Positions 1 through 10,873 of a stretch of 64,000 bases of DNA are shown here, in pieces. Below the pieces are notes generated by a model. It was given only the letters and a program-made list of their open reading frames with translations, was not told where the DNA came from and did not search any database. Source of the stretch: a virus (Duplodnaviria > Heunggongvirae > Uroviricota > Caudoviricetes); IMG/VR virus record IMGVR_UViG_2534681834_000006; one strand, written 5' to 3'. Positions within the stretch are counted from its first letter, which is position 1. Every line of letters begins with the position of its first letter. The position numbers were made by a program, and so were the translations under genes.

Positions 1-339
1 TCTCGTTATCCAGAACAACCAGAGTGTTGAATGGGTAGTTTTTCCCTTCCTGCAACTGGCTTTGATCAAGGTCCATTCGGACAGTAATTATCCCGCCTGA
101 GTAGGTTGGAACGAGGTCGATGGTGCAAAATTGACTTGTCAGTTCAGCCAGATCGAAAGCCTTTGGCAGTTCTCCAATCTCATAAGTACCATCTCCTTTC
201 TTAGTAACCAGTGAACTGGTACCGAAAACGGCCTTACTGATTAAAAATCGAGAGCCTTTGTTAATGGACGATTCAGCGCGCCGCTGATAGTAATAGTCCA
301 ACAACTGACTCTTATAGAGGTTTGTTGAGACGTCAGACA
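1..339 (-). CDS. phage tail/baseplate protein, partial (ORF runs off window start)
   Basis: ATG at 337-339 (minus) preceded by AGGGA RBS; frame open to position 1; last visible gene of the minus-strand tail operon. Confidence 0.5.
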
Positions 340-418
340 TGATTTTCCCTAATCAATGTTGTGAAGCCTCATTGTAAGAGAAGTAACTTGTCACCCCGCC
401 CTACGGACGGGGTGATTG

Positions 419-1258
419 TCAGGCGTCGCTATCCAGCAACAAATCATCTGCGCGTGTGCGATCAAACGTAGGTGTCGCTTTCACAATAGTGCCACCAGGC
501 GTTGCGGTGATCGGGGCGCTAATCGACGTAACTCCAGTAAGCGAAGTTGTATCCGAAGTTTCAAACCAGCAGAATGCTTTTTCGGTATCAGAAATCTCGT
601 TCAAAGTGATCATGTCGGCCTGTTCATTTACAACAACCGACAAATAGAGCGTAAGCCCATCAAACACTATATGCAGTGGCAGTAGAGGCTTTACGAACTG
701 ATTAAACTTTCTGAGAATTTCTTCTGTAATTGCGGACTGATCTATCGTGCCAGTAATACCCATTGTCCTAGCCAGGTCGTTTATGGGAATACTGATCATC
801 CCTCTGGAAGTCAGAAACATCTCGCCGAATGTGCCGCCGGTAGTCTCCAGTGTGCTTTCTGGTATTAGAACTGTGCCATAGGGATGACGCTCAAGGTCCA
901 CCGGTGCATATATCGGATCCCATAAAACAGAAATACCGTTAAATTCGCGGTAAATTGTCTGGTTTATAGGGCGTTCAGTTCCCTTAAAGTGGATCTCGTC
1001 AAGCCGCTGTTGTAACAGCATTGGTACGGAAGACGAATTCGACGTTCTGATAGTAAAGAACTGGCCAAGTTCATTTGTCCTGGTCTCCAGATCTTCCTTG
1101 CTCATGGAGAAAATAGACTTCCGGTTGGTAATTCGCTCCAACCATGGGTCAACAAAAGTGTCCATCATTGACTGAACCAAATCAGCCAATGATTTATAGA
1201 GCAATGACTTTTGCTTAGCTGATGTAAGCCGGTTATTAAACCAGGAACGTTGCATCAC
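419..1258 (-). CDS. phage tail/baseplate structural protein
   Basis: 279-aa ORF; 4-nt overlap with upstream gene (translational coupling) inside tail operon. Confidence 0.55.
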   Translation of the reverse strand: MMQRSWFNNRLTSAKQKSLLYKSLADLVQSMMDTFVDPWLERITNRKSIFSMSKEDLETRTNELGQFFTIRTSNSSSVPMLLQQRLDEIHFKGTERPINQTIYREFNGISVLWDPIYAPVDLERHPYGTVLIPESTLETTGGTFGEMFLTSRGMISIPINDLARTMGITGTIDQSAITEEILRKFNQFVKPLLPLHIVFDGLTLYLSVVVNEQADMITLNEISDTEKAFCWFETSDTTSLTGVTSISAPITATPGGTIVKATPTFDRTRADDLLLDSDA

Positions 1259-2688
1259 TCCTCCTCATACGAAATATTAAAGGTGGAGTTTTCTGTATCC
1301 AGATAAACGAAATCGAAAAATCCGTTGGACTCATTCCACTCGACAAATTCCAGATAAAAATCGCGGAAATAGCCAAGCGTTTCGATATACGCCCAAACGT
1401 CTTTTTTCTTAATCAGGATGTACTTACCAACGCGGTTTGGGTCGAAGAAAGCTGAGTCACGCCCGAATTTTGTTTCCAGCGCCGACGTCAGTTCATCGGT
1501 CACGTTTTCAATGGTCAGGCTTGCCGATATCCGCCCGGTGATTGTTATCTTAAATGGTAGTTTTCTGACCTCTTTATAAGAGAATTTCTTGTTCAGCTCA
1601 TTCGGCACCTTCTTAAAGGCAGCCAGGATCATTTCTTCAAGTTCTGACTGACTTTTATTTGGATGCCACCCTGAAATAAATATCTTATTGATATTCTGAA
1701 CATTATAAGCACCATCTAATTTCTCTTGCTGGCCCTCACCCCATGCCTTTACCCAGGACAGGCCTGGGATGTTACGCACCAGAAAATACGTATAATCCCC
1801 GCCCCATACGACCTGATCATCATAGGCAAGGTAATATTGTGCACGGTTACGTGTGATCTCCGTTGTTTCAGCATCGGTACCTGCGGTTATAGGTGTCGTT
1901 GTCTTAACTGAAATCAAATTAGCTAAATTAGCCGCAGAATCGACAGGCGTCAGGTTTTGGCCAGCAACCAGGGTTATATCGCCGTTGGTGCACCATACCT
2001 TAAGCGTAATTGTCGAGCCTTCTGGCGGTATTTGCCCAATTAGCCCATCGCCGAATCGAACCCCCAACTGCTCGGATGGTTTATAAAACTCAACGTAGAC
2101 CTGGCTTTTACTACCGGCTAACCGGAACATAGTGCTGGAAGACCACTGCGTGGTCTTACCATCGGTCGTCACGAATACTTCCAGCTTATAGCAGACAGCA
2201 GTGAGAGCCTTTGATAACACGACTTCCAGAAATTCTTTGGCTGCCGTAACGGTATATGTCACCTCCTGGATTTCCAACTGTGCCACTTCTACCGTACCGG
2301 TGCCGTCAACCAACCTGCATACATCCATAGTCATGTAAGGGTACTGGTCGTCAGATATTAAAGGCATGTTTTTGGGGATTACCGCTGGGGCGTCTTCACT
2401 TGTGGCAGTGATCTCAATCATCCCCGATGACGGTGTTGGCTTGGTACCAACGTAACTATTCGTTTCTGCCGCTGCCAGGATAGAGGAACGCCGCGTCGCG
2501 GTCGATATAAAGCCTTCAGCCAGCGCCGCATCGGCATACTGAAAGCACCTGTAGACAATCTGGGTAATAAACAATGTCAGCATCGAGACAAATTGAGAGC
2601 CGACAAACTTCGACCAGAATGAATCTTTCTCGACAAGCTCTTCAAACTCTGCACGAATACTGTCTTTAGTCGGTGTTGTTTTACTCAT
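1255..2688 (-). CDS. phage baseplate structural protein
   Basis: 477-aa ORF; overlapping start/stop with neighbours; lies between gp25-like gene and tail genes. Confidence 0.55.
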   Translation of the reverse strand: MSKTTPTKDSIRAEFEELVEKDSFWSKFVGSQFVSMLTLFITQIVYRCFQYADAALAEGFISTATRRSSILAAAETNSYVGTKPTPSSGMIEITATSEDAPAVIPKNMPLISDDQYPYMTMDVCRLVDGTGTVEVAQLEIQEVTYTVTAAKEFLEVVLSKALTAVCYKLEVFVTTDGKTTQWSSSTMFRLAGSKSQVYVEFYKPSEQLGVRFGDGLIGQIPPEGSTITLKVWCTNGDITLVAGQNLTPVDSAANLANLISVKTTTPITAGTDAETTEITRNRAQYYLAYDDQVVWGGDYTYFLVRNIPGLSWVKAWGEGQQEKLDGAYNVQNINKIFISGWHPNKSQSELEEMILAAFKKVPNELNKKFSYKEVRKLPFKITITGRISASLTIENVTDELTSALETKFGRDSAFFDPNRVGKYILIKKKDVWAYIETLGYFRDFYLEFVEWNESNGFFDFVYLDTENSTFNISYEEE

Positions 2689-3044
2689 AGCACCACGTCC
2701 TGTGTGATAGTTATATCCCTGATACGAATGGATATTTTCAACTTATCAAAAGCATCTCCCTCGGCAACTGACAAGCCAGAAATCGGTATGTCAGGTAAAT
2801 CTACCGTCAGTTTTTGCAACAGCATTGCCTCAACCGCAATTTGAACATGCGACAAGTTGGTCGGTTCGTGTTTAAACTGCGGTAAAACATTGCCCCATGA
2901 CGGATCCCCGTATACCTCACCCTGATAAGTGTTTAGCCACTCATATAAACGAGCGCCCCAGGCCTCCTCCTGGGACTCATACGTTTTTACGCCGGATAAC
3001 TCCAGCGTCAGCAAAGGATCAATTTCGTTATTGTTGGCCATCAA
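2685..3044 (-). CDS. baseplate wedge protein, gp25/GPW-like (tentative)
   Basis: 119-aa ORF immediately downstream of tape-measure gene; size and position typical of gp25-like baseplate proteins. Confidence 0.4.
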   Translation of the reverse strand: MMANNNEIDPLLTLELSGVKTYESQEEAWGARLYEWLNTYQGEVYGDPSWGNVLPQFKHEPTNLSHVQIAVEAMLLQKLTVDLPDIPISGLSVAEGDAFDKLKISIRIRDITITQDVVL

Positions 3045-6000
3045 TCAACTCTCGCGTAGTCATTCATCAACGGATCATCAATTGACAGTGGTACCGTGCG
3101 CATAACGCCCGGCTGAGGCGTGCTGACCTTTACGACAGTTCCCTGGCCTTTCGCCGAGTCTTTGGTGTGCTCTTCAATCCTGGCAAGTAATGAGGTCATC
3201 TGCGCAAACAGCCGCTTCGTTTCACCATCAAGTGAAACGGTATTATCAGCCAACTGCATTGTCGGCTTGGCACCGGAACCACCAAGGTCACTAATAACCT
3301 GTCCGTCTATCTGCATACGACCGGTTGGTTGCTGCAAATCGTTGGCGGCAGTCGTCACCTGGGACGTGGAGGCTGGTTCAGGCGCATTATTTTTCCGCAT
3401 CCCCGGCGAGTTGCGGAGTTTATCGAATAGTCCATCAATCCCCATTTGTGCGCCGAGTTGGTCAAAGTAACTTGAGTTGCTGGTCACCGGACGCGCCTCT
3501 TCAACTGGCATCGGAGTATCAACATACACATTGCCAGCTGCTGTTGCGGTCCCCTTCCCTCGTGCACGTTCTTCGAGCGTTCCCTGAACGACTTCCCGAC
3601 GCATACCCCGGCCATTCATGAATTTGTTGACCAGATCGTTAACGCCAACAGCATTGCCGATTTTGTCTACCAGACCGCCTTTCTCAAACGGGCTATCACC
3701 AGGGGTAAACGCCAGGCCAGTAGACTGATCGATAACAGCGTTATCAGGCAGTGGTCCCCTCACTCCATATTGCGCCCCACCCTGTGCTCCTGCTCCAGGT
3801 GTATAGATTTCACCACCTAAATAGCGAGCACGATGAGTATTGACCTTGATCGCGTACTCACGGTTTTCTTTCGATAAGTCACCTGTGCCTTTTTTCCACT
3901 TATTGATAGTGCCAAACCCAGCGTTATATGCAGTGATGGCCTCGTTTAAGTCTCCATTGGCTTGCTTCAGATACTTGCTCATGAGAAGAGCCGCAGCTTC
4001 TGCCGATTTCACAGGATCAAACGATTCACCTTCAGCTAAGCCAGTCTCTTCACGAGCAATCCCCGTGAACTGAAACATTCCCAGAGCACCGGTTTGGGAT
4101 TTTGCATACGGATTACCACCAGATTCAGTTGCAGCAATCGCGTAAAGAGTGCCTTCTGGAAGACCATATTTATTCTCTAGTTCAGCAAAATACGGAGCCA
4201 ACTTATCGAGATTTGCCTTACCTTCAGATCCAAGACTTCCGACTTTTACATCCAAGCGGCCATTGTTGTAGGTATCCGCAGCTTTCTGAATGTCATTCCT
4301 GGTGCCAGTGGTATTAAGCGACGATGATGACGAGCTATTTTGACCAATAGCTTTATCAATTTTCTGCAACGCGCTATTGCCCGTTTCTGCGGCATTTGCA
4401 TTGATAATCTGATTCGCAGTTTCTTTAACTGTTTTATTGCTATCTTTCGCCGTGTCCAGTGCCGCATTTATCACGCGGGTAACAATATTAGTCTGTTTGG
4501 CATCGGATTCAGTTTTAGAATCAGATGTCTCCTGGTGGCTATTAACCGGAGCTTTTAACTCTGGAGCGATTTCTTTCGCATTAGCCTCGCCGATCGGATT
4601 GGGTATTTTTGATACAATCATTGCCGCAGGGGTATTTTTAACGGCATCAACCGCTGCATCTAATGCTTTACCAGGTAAATTTTTAACCCCATCCCAAATA
4701 TTACCAGCCGCCTCTTTAATGTGTTTCCCTGGGTTCTTAATGAAATCAATTGCACTATCAATTGCATCACTGAAAACCTGTTTCAGGTTATCAACAGTAA
4801 AGAAGTCTTTGATGGCATCCAGCTTTTCAAGCAGCTTATTAGATGTATCGCTAAACCATGCTGAAACAGCATCACCAATCTTTGCTGTGTAATCTTCGAA
4901 CTTGGTAGAAATGGTGTCGCCAAGGTTAGAAATATATGTTTCTAAGTTGGTAATCCCACTATCAATGGCCTGGGCAATACTTTCCGTCGAAAATGATTGC
5001 AACATATTGCCGATATCCTCAAATCCAAGTGATTTGAGAACCTCACCAATGGCGCTGCTAATACCAGATACCAGTCCCCCCATATCAAGAACATTGGCTA
5101 ACGTATAAGCGGCTTTTTGCTGGAATGATGGATCTTGTCCTGATTTAAGCCCAAACGCTCGACGTTGCGCTTCTGTATCATTCCAACCGGTTACCGCATC
5201 ATAAATACCTCCAGCCACTGTGCCGACTAAGGGAATTGCGCGTAACGCCCCTTTACCAACTGCCTTTAATCCAAGTTTACCTGCTGCCCGGGCAGCCAAA
5301 TCTCCACCTTCATGGGCGATAGTCTTCTTGCCACCACCGCGTAGCATTCCTACAAGTTTCTTTGCCCCCAGAGCGCCAAAAGCGAGTGCTCCAGCTTTTT
5401 TCAGCATGCCACGCCCCATTAACAACGACGCGACGCCACCGGCCCCCTTCCCTAACAGGCTAAATAGTTTGGACAGCAAGCCGCCCTTCTTTTTCCCGGT
5501 GTTTTTGGCTATCTGATCAAGGGCGCTGAGAATCTTGTCATTGCCCTCTTTAATTTCGCTGGTCTGCTCCTGAAGTTCCTGAACTGTCCGTTTTTGGGTG
5601 TTAACCTGAACGACATCGGCACTATTTTGCGATTTACGCCTAAAAAAACCTTTTCTACGGCTGTTATCGTCATTGCCACGAATCACATCGGCAATAGACT
5701 TTCTGGCACCATTAAGCGATCCACCAACTTCTTTTGATATCCCGCCAAGCTCCTTCCCTGCTGCCCACAATGGACCAGCAACGGCATAACCTAACGCATC
5801 AACGGCACGAGTCTCTGAAGGGTTACCTATGCCTTCAGCTACTTTTGACAGTTTTTTTAATAAACCTGATTCAGCATTTAGACGCTCATCATCCTCTTTG
5901 CGCCTGGCCTTTTCAGCACGTTCAGCACGGGCATCTTCCGCTGCGGCCTTACTCCCTGACTTTCCAATAAAACGACCACGCGCATCGCGTTGGTTTTGGC

Positions 6001-6730
6001 TTTTTTGCGCACCGCCTTTTTGATCGAACATTTCGCGAGCGTGTTCGGCTGCTTCGGTCCGTTGTGCCTTTATATCCTCTGGTATAGCCTTCCTGCGTCG
6101 TTTTTTACCCTTTGGTGTAGTTGATTTGGCCTGCTGTTCCTGTTGAGCAATGCCCTCCTGAACTACACGAGAAACGTCCCCTAAATTAAGCCGTTTCATT
6201 GCGTCAACAATAGGGTCTACTGATGGCGCATTGGCCACAAAGTCTGGCCGGGAATTTTCGATTGTTCGATTTAATGCCGACACACTGCGAGATACTGGGT
6301 CAACCGTTGCAACGCGTTCCCCTTTCAAATCACGAGCGAGTTTGACCGTTTCTAACCGCTGTGCTTTAACATCCTCTGTTATTGCCTCTCTTCGTCTATT
6401 TGGGGGATTGTGCGCTGTTGGTGCAGCCTGCTGTGCACGGTTAGTGACTTTGTCCTCCCGTATACGAGAAACGTCCCCTAAATTAAGCCGTTTTATTGCG
6501 TCAACAATAGGGTCCACTGATGGCGCATTGGTCACAAAGTCAGGACGTGAATTTTCGATTGTGCGATTTAATGCCGACACACTGCGAGAGACAGGATCAA
6601 CAGTTGCAACTCGTTCCCCTTTCAAATCTTCAACAGCTTCCCGAATACCTGCAAGCTCTTCCAGCTCTTTCGCGCTGGCGGTTTCAACTGTCCTTATAAC
6701 ATCGTCAATATTGGCGTTTTTTCTTTCCAT
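3041..6730 (-). CDS. sit: tail tape-measure / structural injection protein with lytic transglycosylase domain (P1 Sit-like)
   Basis: 1229-aa ORF; N-terminal repeat region, Gly/Ala/Lys-rich central part, coiled-coil segments, and a soluble lytic transglycosylase-like segment (ESGGNPYAKSQTGALGMFQF... AYNAG). Confidence 0.85.
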   Translation of the reverse strand: MERKNANIDDVIRTVETASAKELEELAGIREAVEDLKGERVATVDPVSRSVSALNRTIENSRPDFVTNAPSVDPIVDAIKRLNLGDVSRIREDKVTNRAQQAAPTAHNPPNRRREAITEDVKAQRLETVKLARDLKGERVATVDPVSRSVSALNRTIENSRPDFVANAPSVDPIVDAMKRLNLGDVSRVVQEGIAQQEQQAKSTTPKGKKRRRKAIPEDIKAQRTEAAEHAREMFDQKGGAQKSQNQRDARGRFIGKSGSKAAAEDARAERAEKARRKEDDERLNAESGLLKKLSKVAEGIGNPSETRAVDALGYAVAGPLWAAGKELGGISKEVGGSLNGARKSIADVIRGNDDNSRRKGFFRRKSQNSADVVQVNTQKRTVQELQEQTSEIKEGNDKILSALDQIAKNTGKKKGGLLSKLFSLLGKGAGGVASLLMGRGMLKKAGALAFGALGAKKLVGMLRGGGKKTIAHEGGDLAARAAGKLGLKAVGKGALRAIPLVGTVAGGIYDAVTGWNDTEAQRRAFGLKSGQDPSFQQKAAYTLANVLDMGGLVSGISSAIGEVLKSLGFEDIGNMLQSFSTESIAQAIDSGITNLETYISNLGDTISTKFEDYTAKIGDAVSAWFSDTSNKLLEKLDAIKDFFTVDNLKQVFSDAIDSAIDFIKNPGKHIKEAAGNIWDGVKNLPGKALDAAVDAVKNTPAAMIVSKIPNPIGEANAKEIAPELKAPVNSHQETSDSKTESDAKQTNIVTRVINAALDTAKDSNKTVKETANQIINANAAETGNSALQKIDKAIGQNSSSSSSLNTTGTRNDIQKAADTYNNGRLDVKVGSLGSEGKANLDKLAPYFAELENKYGLPEGTLYAIAATESGGNPYAKSQTGALGMFQFTGIAREETGLAEGESFDPVKSAEAAALLMSKYLKQANGDLNEAITAYNAGFGTINKWKKGTGDLSKENREYAIKVNTHRARYLGGEIYTPGAGAQGGAQYGVRGPLPDNAVIDQSTGLAFTPGDSPFEKGGLVDKIGNAVGVNDLVNKFMNGRGMRREVVQGTLEERARGKGTATAAGNVYVDTPMPVEEARPVTSNSSYFDQLGAQMGIDGLFDKLRNSPGMRKNNAPEPASTSQVTTAANDLQQPTGRMQIDGQVISDLGGSGAKPTMQLADNTVSLDGETKRLFAQMTSLLARIEEHTKDSAKGQGTVVKVSTPQPGVMRTVPLSIDDPLMNDYARVD
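6167..6628. repeat. two ~165-bp near-identical direct repeats spaced 297 bp apart inside sit (encode duplicated 55-aa block DLKGERVATVDPVSRSVSALNRTIENSRPDF...GDVSR)
   Basis: copies at ~6167-6331 and ~6464-6628 differ at only a few positions; visible in both DNA and protein. Confidence 0.85.
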
Positions 6731-6811
6731 GATCTTATCGCCTACCGTTTCGGTTTAAGTTTTTCTTCCAGTTTCTCCAACAGGAAAAACGCATAGGATT
6801 CAGTAAGCCTT

Positions 6812-7693
6812 TCAGCGTCCTGAATCGGTATACCCCCATACAAAACCAGGTTGGACACTAAGGTCTGATAGCTTTTCAATCCCCACCTGTGGAATGAAGT
6901 CGGTAGCCCGAAAGGGCACCCACAGACGGGTATATGCACCCTCTGTGGACTCCTTTTTATCCTGATTTGGGCATTTATGCGGCGGGAGACGAAGACGCAT
7001 TTCACCTTTATCGATGTAGCACGGTAAACCATGTTCGAGCTTTTCATGAGCCAGTCGGATGTGTGCCGCCAGCTTCATAAATTCAGTATCAATGGCCATC
7101 CGTTTAATCGTTTCATAACGACGCTCAGCCTGATCTTCACGAGTACCGCTAACATCGTTATAAAGCTCACACTGATAAGCGAATTCCCAAAAACGCAAAT
7201 CAACGATCGCTTCTTTGAATTCCGCGTCGTCTTCAGGTGGCAATGCTGCACGGCGCATCTCCAGCATTTCCATTGCCCAACCATCAAGCGGCACGATACG
7301 CCATTGATAAGGTACTCCCTCTACAGACACCTCAATATCGTCAATGAAAGGTTCCACTTCCAGGACCTGGATATCTTCAGCCAGAGCATTCATATCGCAA
7401 TCGTAATAATGCTCTTTACCGCAATGTTTACAGGTGTAGGTGAATGTCTCGACCGGTGTTTCACGGGAGCCGGTAAATATCCACCATAACGCGGTAATCC
7501 GGTCCTGCGCCGTCCATGTCAGGGGATCATGTTTCGCGGGTTCAGCCAGCAAGGCTTTTAAATACGCCGTTGTCTGTTGTTCTTGTTCCTCCGGTGTTAT
7601 CGAGTTGAAACGCATCGCATCAGCAATATTTGGCTGACGGAACTGGATCAATTCAGTTGGCCGCGATGGTAGCGGGAAAAGAGGTAAAAGCAT
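6812..7693 (-). CDS. hypothetical phage protein (Cys-pair containing, CKHCGKEHYYDCD)
   Basis: 293-aa ORF in tail operon. Confidence 0.5.
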   Translation of the reverse strand: MLLPLFPLPSRPTELIQFRQPNIADAMRFNSITPEEQEQQTTAYLKALLAEPAKHDPLTWTAQDRITALWWIFTGSRETPVETFTYTCKHCGKEHYYDCDMNALAEDIQVLEVEPFIDDIEVSVEGVPYQWRIVPLDGWAMEMLEMRRAALPPEDDAEFKEAIVDLRFWEFAYQCELYNDVSGTREDQAERRYETIKRMAIDTEFMKLAAHIRLAHEKLEHGLPCYIDKGEMRLRLPPHKCPNQDKKESTEGAYTRLWVPFRATDFIPQVGIEKLSDLSVQPGFVWGYTDSGR

Positions 7694-7707
7694 CCTTGCT
7701 CCTTAAT

Positions 7708-8319
7708 TCAAAGAGAAAAGCTAAAGCCCAGAAGGGAAGCCAAAGAACTTGAGGATTGGTTAAACGTGCTGTGCAATGCGAAGGTCATTGGGAATGACTT
7801 AAATTCAGTAACCTGATCTCGCGCATAGGTGACATCGCCGGTAGTGACCGGGAATACCGTCATCTCATTTTCCAGTTTGGTTAAGCCGGAAGACAGCAAC
7901 CGATAAATACGCACATTGAGCAAATATTTAGACGGTATATTCCCGGTACCGTCCGGATTGATCACCCGACTTTTTGCCGTCTTAAACCAGTCCAAAACGA
8001 GGCCATCAACGGTATCCCTGACCATCATTGTTATCTGCCCAGGCGAACGCTCCGTTGGTTGAAGGATATTCCCTCCGCCGATTTTAATCGTTTCATATTC
8101 GATGCTGTAATCGTGGTAGGTAATATCTTTGGCAAAGAAGTCTGCCCCCTCCAGTCCATCAACTTCGACAGAGAACTGCCATCCTTGCGCGAACAGCATT
8201 TTGTTCATGATGATTGACGTCAGCTTACCAACTTCCCGTTCACCAACGCCGGAGCCAAATAATGTCGTCGTTAATGCCGAAGATACATAAGACTTTACTG
8301 AAGCAACATTAAACCCCAT
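7708..8319 (-). CDS. putative tail tube protein
   Basis: 203-aa ORF in tail operon; size and composition consistent with tube proteins; assignment tentative. Confidence 0.4.
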   Translation of the reverse strand: MGFNVASVKSYVSSALTTTLFGSGVGEREVGKLTSIIMNKMLFAQGWQFSVEVDGLEGADFFAKDITYHDYSIEYETIKIGGGNILQPTERSPGQITMMVRDTVDGLVLDWFKTAKSRVINPDGTGNIPSKYLLNVRIYRLLSSGLTKLENEMTVFPVTTGDVTYARDQVTEFKSFPMTFALHSTFNQSSSSLASLLGFSFSL

Positions 8320-8329
8320 ATCAGCCCTC

Positions 8330-8920
<591 letters not shown>

Positions 8921-8976
8921 TTAACAGATTCTACGAGTTGTCATTTGTGACAGTATGCTCGCAATCGTAGTGATTA

Positions 8977-9516
8977 CTACCACCAACTGCTAGCTTTCTT
9001 CTCTCTAGCTTTTCCTTCGCTTTGCAGTAAATCTTTACTTCCTGTAGAAATATTTCTATTTGCATCAGCCTCAGACTGAATTACATCTGTCTTAGCTGCT
9101 CTCTCCTTCAACTCCTGCTCTATAAAATCGTTTTCTCGCTGGACACGAGCCGCTTTTGCTTGCAGTTCGAGTTTCATGCTTTCGAGTTGCAGCTTGCGAA
9201 GCTCATCCTCATAAGCTTGATCTCGCTTCTTGTCATTTGCTAGCTCGGCTTCTCGTTTCGCTCTACGTTCATTTTCTGCAGCAACACGCTGTTTTTCGCG
9301 TGCAGCAGCGGCAGATGCTGCTTTTTCTCTTCTAATACGTTCAGCTTGTGCTTGTTGGCGAATAAGTTCTTTTCTGGCATCCTCAGCTTGCTGCTCTTTA
9401 GCTCGCCCTTCATTTTCCGCTTGAGCAATAGCAGCAATTTGACTTTGCAACGAGTTAGCCAAGGCAGTGCCTACACTAAACGTAGAAAAGATTAGAAATA
9501 AAATAATTTTATTCAT
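8977..9516 (-). CDS. secreted coiled-coil protein (TolA-like Lys/Glu/Ala-rich repeats)
   Basis: N-terminal signal peptide MNKIILFLIFSTFSVGTALA; long charged helical region. Confidence 0.6.
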   Translation of the reverse strand: MNKIILFLIFSTFSVGTALANSLQSQIAAIAQAENEGRAKEQQAEDARKELIRQQAQAERIRREKAASAAAAREKQRVAAENERRAKREAELANDKKRDQAYEDELRKLQLESMKLELQAKAARVQRENDFIEQELKERAAKTDVIQSEADANRNISTGSKDLLQSEGKAREKKASSWW

Positions 9517-9519
9517 AAA

Positions 9520-10041
9520 TTATTTCTTTTCTGGACAAGTAGCATTTGGCTGAATTCGAGTTTCATTATCTTTAGTTGAAATAAGCACAGCAAGCCCCGT
9601 TGTAAACTGGCATGCTTTACCAACTTGAGTTGAAGTGAACACCTTAGTTCCTTCTTTATAAGTCAGTGAAACACCTTCAACAATTGTTTTATCACTAACC
9701 AAAGAACCAGCCGCTGCACCAAGAGCCGCACCACCAGTACCGCCAGCTACAGCACCCAGTGTCGATGTGCCTTTAACATTATAACCGGCAACGCCCCCAG
9801 CAACAGCTCCCAGTACCGCACCAAATGTCTGTGCCGCTTCTTTATTAGCTTTATTATCAACTTTCACTTTAGCTGGAAGCACAGAGATAATATTGACTGT
9901 CTTTGTTTCCTGCTTCGAATTCAATTGAGCGGTATCATAAACATCGGCAGCATAATCAGCACCGCTAGATTGACACCCAGAAAGAAGAATTGCAGATACA
10001 ACAAGAGCGCATAAAGTATACTTTTTAGACATAAGAATCAT
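9520..10041 (-). CDS. lipoprotein with glycine-zipper domain (SlyB/Pcp-like)
   Basis: lipobox LLSGC after signal peptide; GAVAGGVAG...GAVAGGTGGAALGAAAGS glycine zipper. Confidence 0.65.
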   Translation of the reverse strand: MILMSKKYTLCALVVSAILLSGCQSSGADYAADVYDTAQLNSKQETKTVNIISVLPAKVKVDNKANKEAAQTFGAVLGAVAGGVAGYNVKGTSTLGAVAGGTGGAALGAAAGSLVSDKTIVEGVSLTYKEGTKVFTSTQVGKACQFTTGLAVLISTKDNETRIQPNATCPEKK

Positions 10042-10322
10042 CCCAGAAAAACAAAAACCGGCGAGAAGTTACCACAAGAACGGAAAGTAAACAAGAATAC
10101 TCCCATTGACTTATATCAATTAATCAACTTTTTATAAGCTATCCCTAACTTATTGTGTATAGCTGAAAAGTCAGAGACAAGTTCACCATCTGCATTATTT
10201 CTTAAGTTAATAGTTTATTGCTAACTTAATTTATGTATCGACTATTGATATCCATCTTAAAGTTACAATATCCATCTGCATTATTTTTCATCACAAATAA
10301 TATATCTATTGCACGACACTAA

Positions 10323-10339
10323 TCTGCTCTAATAAATTT
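10323..10339 (+). promoter_or_regulatory. C1 repressor operator-like 17-mer (Op51 position, upstream of immI)
   Basis: tcTGCTCTAATAAATTT, 2 mismatches to ATTGCTCTAATAAATTT. Confidence 0.6.
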
Positions 10340-10399
10340 GTATTTTTAAGTCGCGAATGCTATCTTTTTGCATCATATTGACCTTTTAATCGTTCAGGC

Positions 10400-10650
10400 T
10401 TATAGTTTCGCCGTCGTAGCAAATTCTGCGACCGGGTTTAGCAGCCTGAATACTTACGCGGACAACCGCAGATTTCCGATATTGCGGTATTTTTGTGTCC
10501 GTAAACCACGTTACGCCCGAATTATGGTGGGGCGTGATGGGGAGGCTTCGGCCTGCTGGTTTCGTAAGTGCCAGTCTGCTAACCCCGTCACGTCCTGCCA
10601 CCTGTTTAGCAGCGGGTCGCAGGTTGTTTATCAACTTACGAGGCCGTAAC
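10400..10650 (+). ncRNA. immI leader; candidate location of c4-type antisense RNA (not resolved)
   Basis: non-coding structured leader between operator and icd; exact RNA ends cannot be set from sequence alone. Confidence 0.2.
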
Positions 10651-10651
10651 T

Positions 10652-10873
10652 ATGGTTAATGCCAATCCTTGCGCACGCCAAGAATTCATCTGGCGTTTCT
10701 ATTCCTGCAAAAAACACCACTATCACTTCGTCATCGCAGCAACAGAAGACGAAGCACGCTCTCAATTGCCTGATGGCCCCTGCATTTTTACTGCCCGTTT
10801 TTCAACTAACTCGCGCAATTCACTTAGTTACTGGAACCTCCCCTTCTCTGCCGACGTTCAGGGGGTTTTATGA
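10652..10873 (+). CDS. icd: Icd-like small protein overlapping ant start
   Basis: 73-aa ORF ending in ATGA overlap with ant1 start; matches P1 immI arrangement. Confidence 0.6.
   Translation: MVNANPCARQEFIWRFYSCKKHHYHFVIAATEDEARSQLPDGPCIFTARFSTNSRNSLSYWNLPFSADVQGVL

Noticed and set aside
3120-6758. Numerous plus-strand ORFs (e.g. 3120-3470, 4437-4892, 5220-5516, 6231-6758) overlapping the sit gene
   Set aside because: They lie antisense to a long, well-supported 1229-aa gene, have odd composition and no RBS context; the 6231-6758 ORF is just the antisense image of the internal repeats.
10368-10649. 93-aa plus-strand ORF and 82-aa minus-strand ORF in the immI leader
   Set aside because: The region is where an antisense regulatory RNA is expected upstream of icd; overlapping ORFs on both strands without RBS are more likely artefacts.
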